Origin: Rhynchopus sp. YZ270_cl-10
Lineage: Eukaryota
Direction of reading: 5' to 3'
NCBI GenBank assembly: GCA_964035575.1
Contig: OZ037836.1
Location: 620,001-684,000 of the forward strand
DNA: 64,000 nucleotides
The position numbers and the translations under genes were made by a program. Positions within the stretch are counted from its first letter, which is position 1. Each line of letters opens with the position of its first letter. The notes below the pieces were generated by a model. It made no database searches and had not been told where the DNA came from. It was given only the letters and a program-made list of their open reading frames with translations. Of this stretch, positions 24,924-34,652 are shown in pieces.

Positions 24924-25289
24924 CACGGTTCGGAAAAGTACTTTTTTAAAAAGTGATATTTTTTGGTCAAAAAAAGTACTTTTTCACTTTTCGAAAAAAA
25001 AAGTACTTTTTTTTTTTTCATCAAAATTGTACAGGAAAAAAAAAAGTACTTGAAAAAAAAAAAAGTACTTTTTATTTTTCCATCAAAAATTGTACGGAGA
25101 GAAAAAATAAAAAGTACTTTTTATTTTTCTGTACAAAAAATTTAGAACACTGGAAAAAAAAAAGTACTTTTTATTTTTTTTCTCCGTACAATTTTTGACG
25201 GGAAAAAAAAAAGTACTTTTTTTTTTTTCAAGTACTTTTTTTTTTGGAAAAGTACTTTACTTTTGGGCAAAGTACTTTTCCGATCCGTG
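24924..25289. mobile_element. MITE with 6-bp TSD (GTCAAT) and AAAAGTACTTTT internal repeats
   Basis: TIR CACGGtTCGGAAAAGTACTTT / AAAGTACTTTTCCGAtCCGTG. GTCAAT at 24918-24923 and 25290-25295. Confidence 0.82.
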
Positions 25290-25750
25290 GTCAATAATAA
25301 AAGTAAAAAAATCTTAATGTACACACTCACTGTTGATTCTAAAAACGGGGTGGGGAAAAATCGCGAATAGAAAAAATGGGTGATATATTGAAAAGTTGGA
25401 ACGCTTCCTCACCCAGATCACACACAACAAAAATGCTCGAGAGACTCGTTCCTCTTTGCTTGTTGCTCAAAAGGCTATAAACGGGGGGGGAGGAAAGTAA
25501 AGGTTGTTTGTTGTTCGCTTCCGCCGCTTTTTTTTCCCCTTCTTCGACTTGATTTACGATATGGTTGTGTTTGCCTGAAGTACAAAAAGTGTCGTGGAGC
25601 ACAGGGGGGAAAAGAGGGGGAAAACAAGCGGGGAGCGGGATACGCAGACGCGCGACTTTTCACGAGGGTCTCGAGTATTTTGTCAAATACTACGTGTTTA
25701 CTAAAAAAAAAGCCACGTAGAACGTCACTTTTATAAGACAATGGGGGGGT

Positions 25751-26793
25751 TAGGGAGCGCGGCGAGGCCCTTTTTTCTGTAACACTCAACAAAAAATCAT
25801 GAAAAAGTGTAAAAAAAATATCCGAAAACACAAAACCACCCCAGAAAACACATTTGTGGGACTATTTCTTACTTTTTGATGCCTTTTGGCACTTTCCCCC
25901 CCGATTTTTTGACACTTTTTGACACGTTTTCACCCAATTTCCCCCTTCTCTGAGGGTATTTGATAACAGGGCGATTTATAAAGAAATTCAAAAATTTAAA
26001 ATAGTCCAAAACAAGAGGAAAAGTGGTTTTTTCCAGTCAGATGTGTGCACAGAGTGATTTCCGTGGGGTTTTGGGGCCAAAAGTCCAGTTTTTTCAATGT
26101 CTTCGCTGAAAATATTGAATTTTTTTTATACACAAAAACCACATTTTAGCCGGGAGGAGCAAACCATTACAAAACCATTACACACTTTCTATTTGGACCT
26201 CCGGGCACCAAAATCGACCAGAAAATGGTTGTAAATACGATTTTTCAACCCCCATAAGGTATCTAAGATCAACCCCGGGGGTATTTGTGCCTTCTATGGA
26301 CGTTTTGTGGGCGATTTTTGGGTTTTGGGGTGACGAAAAGGGCTCAAAAACGAGGTAAAAACTGCCCCCTTTTCTGTCTCATCCACTCAAATACACGCTC
26401 GGGCCCCAATCTGGACGCCCAAAGCTTCGAAACCTACATATTTCCACTGCCGGACCTCACCGGAGGGGACGTGGGGTGGTTTTCGGCACCTTAGAAGAAA
26501 AACTGTGCTCCCGGATCCATTTTTTTGAAAGCATTACATTCCTGAAGGAAATCTTACTAAAATCTTACTATTTTCGAAGCCGTTTTTTCGAAAAAAAGTG
26601 ATTTTTTTTAGAAAATAAACGCTCAGTTTTGGTTGTTTGGTGGTTCATTGGGCAGAATCGACGAATTTTAGGCCACTTTGGGACCAGGTAGACCCACCTT
26701 GGCGGGTTTTATGACTTTTTTTCAAAAAATTCTTGAAAAAACACGAGCGTTACAGAGGGTCCTTAAGGATTTCCTTAAGGGCTGTGCCCCCTA
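25751..26793. mobile_element. TAGGG-ended element with 11-bp TSD (AATGGGGGGGT)
   Basis: Ends TAGGGAGCGCGGC / GCTGTGCCCCCTA. Exact AATGGGGGGGT at 25740-25750 and 26794-26804. CCTTAAGG subterminal motif shared with the 16825 and 58376 elements. Confidence 0.75.
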
Positions 26794-27114
26794 AATGGGG
26801 GGGTGGGGGGGTGGGAAGATCTTGCGCGGCAGTGGCATGCGCTTGACACATCACACAAACTACGTCAAATTCCATATTTGCCACACAGACAGTGAAGACT
26901 GTCCACCTCGCAATACTAATCCAAAAGAATAAAAGAAAAGTTTTTTTTTAGATGATCCTCAGCCTCTCGTCACTTTCACCTTAAAACGACACTAAAACTA
27001 ACTCTACAGGGTTTTTTGAAGGAAGGTGTAGAAAAATCAACAAAAAAAGAAAAAGAAAACAATTACTGGGGGGACGCCCTCCTCCCCCTCTCTAGGTGCT
27101 GAAGGCACGCAGTC

Positions 27115-30100
27115 CTATTCCACGGTCACGCTAGGCGACACCAATTCGAAGGCAGAATCCTTGACACCAACAGCCTCATGCAGGACAACTGCATAGCGTG
27201 GCACAGCACACCCTTCGTGGCCCGGCGGGCACCTTGCGCAGAGCAGTATCTTGCAGACGGTGCAGGTTATGATAGCATCTGCCGCACATTTCGCGCATTT
27301 CAGGCCTGCTTTGGCATTTGCTTGGCTAGCTATGTTATAGGACCCCTTCTTCGCATCACACGGGAGGGCAAGCACTTCGCTTCCACCGCATGACGTCCCT
27401 GGCGGTCCCGGTGGCAATGGTGGCAACGGTGGGAACGGTGTTATTTCATTGGGAAACCCGAGCGTGACGTTCTGACCGAGCTGTTTGATGTTCAGATCAT
27501 ATATGAGGAGCAAGCCTTCAGGAAGATCGGTCTGCCAGACCTCCGCAAAGCGGCAGTGACGCGCACCAAGAGGGTCGGAGGGAATCCCGCCAACACCAGG
27601 AATAACACCGCACAGAACTGCGGCGTCCAAATCTTCCGCGTGAAACGCAAGACGCATCGAAAACTCCGCTGCAGGGCCTACGATAGCAAGCACCTTCTGT
27701 GTGCGGCGCCCCATTTTGCCTTGTATAATATCCCCGGTTACGATGCCCATTGTAACACCAGGTTCGATGCGGATGATGTCGTTGTCGTCATCCTGCGTTT
27801 CTGTGCATAGGGTGCAGGCGAACTTTGCAGCGGCTGCAGGGTGGTTAATACAGGGCGATGCAATGTTAAAACCAACCAGGGCCAGGGAACCGGAGATGCT
27901 GTGAGTGACACCACCACCACGCGAGGCGTGCAGCATCATCTTGCTTATGAGGGTGTTCGTGTGGCTTGCGGCCTCCATCTCTGGGGCGTACCGTCTCGGA
28001 AGGAAGACCGGACTGCACACCGTCGCCACCGCCTTAGTGATCTCAGATCCCATCAGAGGTGGCGCCACCGATGAGTTCCGCGACATGGATAGGTTCTGCG
28101 ACACACCAAGCCCCGAAGCCTTCGGGGCCTTCTTCTTATCCTCCGCAGCCCTGCCTCCCAATCCTTCGGGGAAAACGATCAGCAAGTCCGTAGCGTTCGG
28201 GATTCCCTTCATTTTGACGTCCTTCCTCCTGATGACGGTCATTGCCTTCAGGGAGTACGCCTCGAAGTCCGGGAGGGAAAATCTGGTCACTGTGCTGAGC
28301 GACAGGTCGCGTTCCTCTCCGGAGACAAGGTTCCAGACTTCCGGGGTCATGCAGGTGCCCCCACCGAGGGCCTGCGCCTCAACGCGCGCAGCTTTGTTTA
28401 CAGTGTTACCGAAGAAATCCAATCTGTTTGTCAATGGGTTGATCTGTGGATCTACGGGTCCACAGTGCACACCAATACGCACTTTAATACCAGACCACAA
28501 TAGCTCGCAGGTCAGTGGGTCGTATTTGCGCTCGCACATCGGATGTTCTAGAAGCGTGTCTGGCCACTCTGCTGTCAAAAGGTCGCACTGCACTCTGGTT
28601 GCAAAGTGGACCGCGTCTGTAGCTTCGAGAAACGCGACCATAAAGGCGTCTCCAATGGTTTTGACCTCGTAGCCGTTGCAGTCGTTGATTGCAATGCGGA
28701 TGGTGCGGTTGTGCACTTCGAGAGCAGCCTGCATTCCCATCTCACATTCCTCCCACAGCCTCGTTGACGCTTGAATATCAGTAAAAACGATGGTGCACAC
28801 CGTCGGCGGGGACGACTCCATAAGATACGCAATAGTACTACTGTGCTGTTCGTGAACTGCTTTGATAAGCTTATTTGGATCATTGCTCTCAGCACGGTAC
28901 ACCAGCTTCAGCGATTCGGGAAGATACGGCAAAAATGAGTCCACCGCATCAATCAGCTGTCTAAAGGAGAGAACGACAGACCTCGGGAGGGACCCATCCT
29001 TTGTTAATTGAAGCCGCGCGCTGTCGAGGTCCAGCTGTGATGTGTTCTGCGTGATTTCGTCGATGGCATCGACGAGATCAGATGTTTCTTCTCCCTCTAA
29101 GTCTCCGACGTAAAATTGACGGAGGATTTTCAGCCCTGCTGCGGAGTGCTGAACCGCATAGAATGCCTCTGAAGCATCTCTCCCAGCATAGCCAAGCAGC
29201 ACATCCGCACCCCCTGGGTGATGCTCGTACCACTCTGTCACGTTGTACACCTTTCCGTCCATTGCGATCCAAATATCGTCGAGGTTGGTGTGCATGGCAA
29301 GCTCCTGAGGTGTGTACGTCTTTCGGTATTTTGTTTCTGCGTTGCTGCTTTGCTTCTCTCGTTCCGTGGAGGACCTTATAGTACTAAAACTAGAACAAAT
29401 CTCCCCGACAATGAATAGTGTAACAACAAAGGCAGCTCCAGAAGAGATGAGAATAATAAAGGGCTGTGCATCTGCATCTGTATCAGAAACCCGCCCCGCC
29501 CCGCTGTAGAATTGAACTGCGAGAAACGCAAACAACATCGCGCCAAGGCTCCGATGCACCCTTCTGATAATTGACTTCCCTTTCAAGGCTGTTTCCGCTG
29601 CGGTATGCGGGATGTACACTGTGCTTAGAACCCCTAATATGATGAGGGAGGCCAGAAGCGAAACAATAAAAATCCCGATTTCACGATGATACAAGGGATC
29701 GGGGTTTCCACTGTCACTCAATTTGAAAATCGCGATGCCGATGGAGACGACCATACTAGTAAATCCTGTGAGGTGAAGGATAATGTGGGCCTTCATTGCA
29801 GGGCCCATCTTAGAGCCTTGGGAGGCATCGCTTATTGCGAAGAGCCGTTTGGAGTAGCGTTTCGTGAAGATGGCGAGCGGGAAGCAGAAGATACACGAAA
29901 AACACATCAACGCACCGTGCAGACGTCTCCAGAAGGTGAGAGACGACTCTATTGTCACCTCTTCAATCATTCCTGTCACAAAGTTTACAACAAGCGCCGC
30001 AGTGTTCCGGTGCTTCGCGAACTTCATGTCAACGCCCTCTGCGATATTGATCGGAAGCGACGAAAGCACTGCCTCACTCCGTACGACACTAAACCCCAGC

Positions 30101-31455
30101 ACCGCTGCACCGTTCTCCATGGAAACCATTATGCCGTCTACGACACCGTTGGAAGGGATTTCGGATATGGCAGATTCCTCCTTCGCTGTAATCTGCACAA
30201 CTCTTGCACCCCCCTCATCCAACACCACCGCTGCCGCCGGCGCCATGACCCCTCTGCTCTGCGGAAACCCCAGCGCAAACCATCCTCCATTCCCACTCAC
30301 CAACGCAAGCTCCAAACGCGTCCCATTTTGTTCCCTCACTCTCCAATGCAGTACCATACCATCAAATATCCTTTGCTCGCAATGATACCCTTCATAGCTA
30401 CTCCGAAGGCAGCTCTCTGGACCGGAATATGCGGGGGGAGGAGGAGGAGGGGAGATTGCATCTGCGAAGACAACACCGTTCTCAACGAGGCGGGTCCACG
30501 CTGTGGCGTATATATGAAGAAATAATGTGTTGTTGTCTGCGAATGCGACGGTCGCGGCGCGAAGCTGTGGGTGTTTGATAATCGCAACGTCTGTCGGCAG
30601 CATTGTCACCCCTTCTTGAACATATTGAACCCCCACCGCAGACTCTCCACCTCCAATACGCACCCTACTATCCCATTCATATTCCAAAAGGTGAACAAAG
30701 AATTCATTATCAAAGATATACGGATGTTTCGTAAAATTTCCATCATTTCCGCTAATATCAAGATGCAGGCTGCCTACCGTATGACCACCCATCAGAGACA
30801 CCGCTTCAAGGATGAAACGATCTTTGTAAAATCCATTCTTCTGTTCTGTATCTAAAGCATGAAGATAGCGAGCGTAGACTTTAATAATGTACTGTCTGGT
30901 GAGATTCAAATTATTGTAGTCGGTGTCCTCGGTTAACTCTTTGGCGGGGAGTCTCCCGTTTGGAGAGCATTCGCGGTGTGCGGATTTGATATGAAAATCG
31001 GGCCTCCCCGGAGAAAAAAATAACTGAATTTTAAATCCGCTGAGCTTCTCGTGGACGACCGCTGCGACCAACTGAACCATATCGGCAAAGCTGATAAACG
31101 GATATTTCGCGACATAGGCATACACTAATATCACCGCCGGATTCGTTTTCGCATTTGCCCCATCCAGCGATTCGGGAGGCATCCTTATACATCCCCCCGC
31201 CGTCCCCCCTAAAGGATACAACCCGCCATTGTACGTTCCCGCAGAATGCCAAGCCAACCGAATAAACAGAGGTCCCATCATCGGCCTTCCTGCAATCTCC
31301 TCTGCCACCGCCGTTTCAAGATAGTCCACTACAGGGGTATACAGTGTGATGCATGCTTCTCGCTCCGTCTCTTCTAGTCGTGTGCATAGTGTAACCCCTA
31401 TGGAAGAAGGGAGCTGGACCAATACTACTACCATAGATACCCATAGGGGGAGCAT
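27115..31455 (-). CDS. Multi-heme receptor-type adenylate cyclase: signal peptide - class I heme peroxidase - DOMON - cytochrome b561 - cytochrome b5 - class III cyclase - degenerate cyclase-like - Cys/His finger
   Basis: Peroxidase: FIRLAWHSAGTY, LMGGHTVG, FDNEFF, MLPTD. DOMON: VLHW..GWFALGF..GVM..KH. b561: LHGALM, KAHIILH, YHREIG, VHRSLG in hydrophobic helices. b5: IWIAMDGKVYNVT..HPGG..GRDASEAF..HS. Cyclase: IVFTDIQAST, YEVKTIGDAFM, RIGVHCG, DFFGNTVNKAARVE. One uninterrupted 1446-aa ORF. Confidence 0.92.
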   Translation of the reverse strand: MLPLWVSMVVVLVQLPSSIGVTLCTRLEETEREACITLYTPVVDYLETAVAEEIAGRPMMGPLFIRLAWHSAGTYNGGLYPLGGTAGGCIRMPPESLDGANAKTNPAVILVYAYVAKYPFISFADMVQLVAAVVHEKLSGFKIQLFFSPGRPDFHIKSAHRECSPNGRLPAKELTEDTDYNNLNLTRQYIIKVYARYLHALDTEQKNGFYKDRFILEAVSLMGGHTVGSLHLDISGNDGNFTKHPYIFDNEFFVHLLEYEWDSRVRIGGGESAVGVQYVQEGVTMLPTDVAIIKHPQLRAATVAFADNNTLFLHIYATAWTRLVENGVVFADAISPPPPPPAYSGPESCLRSSYEGYHCEQRIFDGMVLHWRVREQNGTRLELALVSGNGGWFALGFPQSRGVMAPAAAVVLDEGGARVVQITAKEESAISEIPSNGVVDGIMVSMENGAAVLGFSVVRSEAVLSSLPINIAEGVDMKFAKHRNTAALVVNFVTGMIEEVTIESSLTFWRRLHGALMCFSCIFCFPLAIFTKRYSKRLFAISDASQGSKMGPAMKAHIILHLTGFTSMVVSIGIAIFKLSDSGNPDPLYHREIGIFIVSLLASLIILGVLSTVYIPHTAAETALKGKSIIRRVHRSLGAMLFAFLAVQFYSGAGRVSDTDADAQPFIILISSGAAFVVTLFIVGEICSSFSTIRSSTEREKQSSNAETKYRKTYTPQELAMHTNLDDIWIAMDGKVYNVTEWYEHHPGGADVLLGYAGRDASEAFYAVQHSAAGLKILRQFYVGDLEGEETSDLVDAIDEITQNTSQLDLDSARLQLTKDGSLPRSVVLSFRQLIDAVDSFLPYLPESLKLVYRAESNDPNKLIKAVHEQHSSTIAYLMESSPPTVCTIVFTDIQASTRLWEECEMGMQAALEVHNRTIRIAINDCNGYEVKTIGDAFMVAFLEATDAVHFATRVQCDLLTAEWPDTLLEHPMCERKYDPLTCELLWSGIKVRIGVHCGPVDPQINPLTNRLDFFGNTVNKAARVEAQALGGGTCMTPEVWNLVSGEERDLSLSTVTRFSLPDFEAYSLKAMTVIRRKDVKMKGIPNATDLLIVFPEGLGGRAAEDKKKAPKASGLGVSQNLSMSRNSSVAPPLMGSEITKAVATVCSPVFLPRRYAPEMEAASHTNTLISKMMLHASRGGGVTHSISGSLALVGFNIASPCINHPAAAAKFACTLCTETQDDDNDIIRIEPGVTMGIVTGDIIQGKMGRRTQKVLAIVGPAAEFSMRLAFHAEDLDAAVLCGVIPGVGGIPSDPLGARHCRFAEVWQTDLPEGLLLIYDLNIKQLGQNVTLGFPNEITPFPPLPPLPPGPPGTSCGGSEVLALPCDAKKGSYNIASQANAKAGLKCAKCAADAIITCTVCKILLCARCPPGHEGCAVPRYAVVLHEAVGVKDSAFELVSPSVTVE

Positions 31456-32395
31456 TTAGGGAAGTGAAGAAAAGAGAATTTGGAGAAAAAGAAAAATAAA
31501 AGTGGAAAAAAAAATTAAAGAACGGAAGGAGGGGTGGCGGTGGGAGAAAGGAATAAAAAAAAAATGGAAAAGTTTTTAGAAGATGATCCTAAGCCTCTCG
31601 TGTGCTTAGTCACCTTTGACCTCCCGGCAGACCTCCCGACTGACCCACGATGCCAGCACCCCGGGATAATATTACAAAAAAAAATAATACCAAAAAACGG
31701 AAAAGAGATGTAACAAAAGAGAAAAAAAACGTACGGAAACCTCTCAGTTGTGTTCATGCAAGGGGTGTGTGTATAAAAAAGAAAATCGGGTGGGAAAGAG
31801 TAAGGAGCAGGGCCACCCCCACCCCACAGCTTTAATTGGGGAGCTGGAGGGGAGGGGGAAAGGAGGAGAAGGGTCTGTGGGTGGGTGGGTGGTGCTAGTA
31901 TAGGCAGGGATATTGCTAACTTTCGGGATTTTGGGATTTCGTGGGGCGATGGTCGAAAAAAGGGGGGGGAGTGCTGACTTTTTTTTTCCAGTCGAGCCCG
32001 GGCGCGCTTCGCGCGCCCGGGTCCCCATTTTAGCTCAAGTTGGGGGCCTCCGGCGGAATGTAAGAATTCCGTGGTTGTCCAACTGCGGAGTTCGGCACTT
32101 CACTGATATTTACACCAGGCAGACGGGGCACACGAATTATCAGTAACCTCAGTACATTTACAAAACAAACGGCGGTCGTGGTACCCAAATGTTCCTGGCG
32201 AAGCCACGGTACGCAACATTTCTAAAATTTGCGCTTTAAATTGCACATGTTTACTGCCAAACTCTGTCATGGGAAGGGTGGGTTGCAAGCTTGCGCCGCA
32301 GGCGCACGGTACGCTACTTTTTGTCTTTCGCCATGCTACATGTTTCCTTTTCCTTCGGCGCTTGACCAATTGCATAGTACCATAGTACCATAGTA

Positions 32396-32919
32396 AACCC
32401 CCCTCCCAACTATTGTTTACATACAGGTATTGTTTACATATAATTATTCACAGCTATTATTTACATCCAATTACTATTTACATTCGAATTATTTATTTAC
32501 ACCCCCTTTTTTTTTGCCGGTTTTTGGTGACGGGGTGCGGATTCGTGACCAAAAACACAATTTTTTGGAATTTCCGGAATCTGTCCAGAAAATGGTGGGG
32601 TCGATGTTGAAAATTGGACAATTTTTTGACCACTTAAATTTTGGAAAATATGAGCCCGGTCACTAGGTGGGGCCCATTTTCGGCCAAAAATTTTCACAAA
32701 ATCCGAGTTTGTAAAATTGACCCTACACCCACATCAATTTCAATACTATACCTCACTTCACCTTCGGTTACCCTACAGGGGAGGTGTGGAAAATGTAAAC
32801 AATACATGAGTGATAATTATTTACATGTACTATTTACATTTAAATTATTTACATGTATTATTTACATGCACGAATACTATTTACATAAAAATATGTAAAC
32901 AATAGCTGTGAGGGGGGTT
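32396..32919. mobile_element. MITE (28-bp TIR, TA TSD) inserted into the ACCATAGT satellite
   Basis: TA|AACCCCCCTCCCAACTATTGTTTACATA ... TATGTAAACAATAGCTGTGAGGGGGGTT|TA. Satellite units on both sides; internal TATTTACAT repeats. Confidence 0.85.
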
Positions 32920-34133
32920 TACCATAGTACCATAGTACCATAGTACCATAGTACCATAGTACCATAGTACCATAGTACCATAGTACCATAGTACCATAGT
33001 ACCATAGTACCATAGTACCATAGTACCATAGTACCATAGTACCATAGTACCATAGTACCATAGTACCATAGTACCATAGTACCATAGTACCATAGTACCA
33101 TAGTACCATAGTACCATAGTACCATAGTACCATAGTACCATAGTACCATAGTACCATAGTACCATAGTACCATAGTACCATAGTACCATAGTACCATAGT
33201 ACCATAGTACCATAGTACCATAGTACCATAGTACCATAGTACCATAGTACCATAGTACCATAGTACCATAGTACCATAGTACCATAGTACCATAGTACCA
33301 TAGTACCATAGTACCATAGTACCATAGTACCATAGTACCATAGTACCATAGTACCATAGTACCATAGTACCATAGTACCATAGTACCATAGTACCATAGT
33401 ACCATAGTACCATAGTACCATAGTACCATAGTACCATAGTACCATAGTACCATAGTACCATAGTACCATAGTACCATAGTACCATAGTACCATAGTACCA
33501 TAGTACCATAGTACCATAGTACCATAGTACCATAGTACCATAGTACCATAGTACCATAGTACCATAGTACCATAGTACCATAGTACCATAGTACCATAGT
33601 ACCATAGTACCATAGTACCATAGTACCATAGTACCATAGTACCATAGTACCATAGTACCATAGTACCATAGTACCATAGTACCATAGTACCATAGTACCA
33701 TAGTACCATAGTACCATAGTACCATAGTACCATAGTACCATAGTACCATAGTACCATAGTACCATAGTACCATAGTACCATAGTACCATAGTACCATAGT
33801 ACCATAGTACCATAGTACCATAGTACCATAGTACCATAGTACCATAGTACCATAGTACCATAGTACCATAGTACCATAGTACCATAGTACCATAGTACCA
33901 TAGTACCATAGTACCATAGTACCATAGTACCATAGTACCATAGTACCATAGTACCATAGTACCATAGTACCATAGTACCATAGTACCATAGTACCATAGT
34001 ACCATAGTACCATAGTACCATAGTACCATAGTACCATAGTACCATAGTACCATAGTACCATAGTACCATAGTACCATAGTACCATAGTACCATAGTACCA
34101 TAGTACCATAGTACCATAGTACCATAGTACCAT
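32920..34133. repeat. Perfect 8-bp satellite (ACCATAGT)n, ~150 units (plus ~3 units at 32373-32395)
   Basis: Directly visible tandem array with no variant units noticed. Confidence 0.98.
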
Positions 34134-34150
34134 AAACGAAAATAAATAAA

Positions 34151-34652
34151 ATTATTTTATTACCTGGGAAATAAAGTTGTAGGTGGCTCGTGAAGAAAAA
34201 GTGCGACATAATCTGGACTTTAATCTGTAGAAGGGACATAAAGTCTTTAAATACGTATAATACTATATAATACCTTGTTTATTTCCCCGATTTGTGTACC
34301 TGTTTTGTATGGAGTTTGTGAGAAAGGGGACAAAAAGTACTTTATTTCTGAATTTTCACTTTAAATCCTGAGTGCCAGGCATTGTGATGTTGTGTTGTGT
34401 TGATAAACCTATTATTTGCTTCTATATGTCACACTTTCTTGACGAGTCCACCTACAACTATATTTCCACGGTAATAAAATAATGTATTACGTGAATAATT
34501 TCCGCATTTATTTACCTCGTAGAATTTTTCACCACCTCGTGTGCGTTGTAGTCCCTCGCTTCGCTCGGGACTACAACTTCGCCCACTCGGTGTTGAAAAT
34601 TTTCAACTCGGTAAATAAAACGAAAATTAATTCACGGTAATAAATAGTTATT
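34151..34652. repeat. Non-coding element with ~60-bp inverted repeats followed by a long hairpin
   Basis: 34151-34210 is the imperfect reverse complement of 34425-34483. 34487-34640 folds back on itself around GTTGTAGTCCC-TCGCTTCGCTC-GGGACTACAAC. Confidence 0.7.

Noticed and set aside
32920..34133. Telomere or CRISPR interpretation of the array
   Set aside because: Internal position, not TTAGGG-like, and no spacers.
32858..34239. Three 400+ aa ORFs of (MVLWYYGT)n
   Set aside because: Artefact of an 8-bp repeat with no stop codon on the minus strand.
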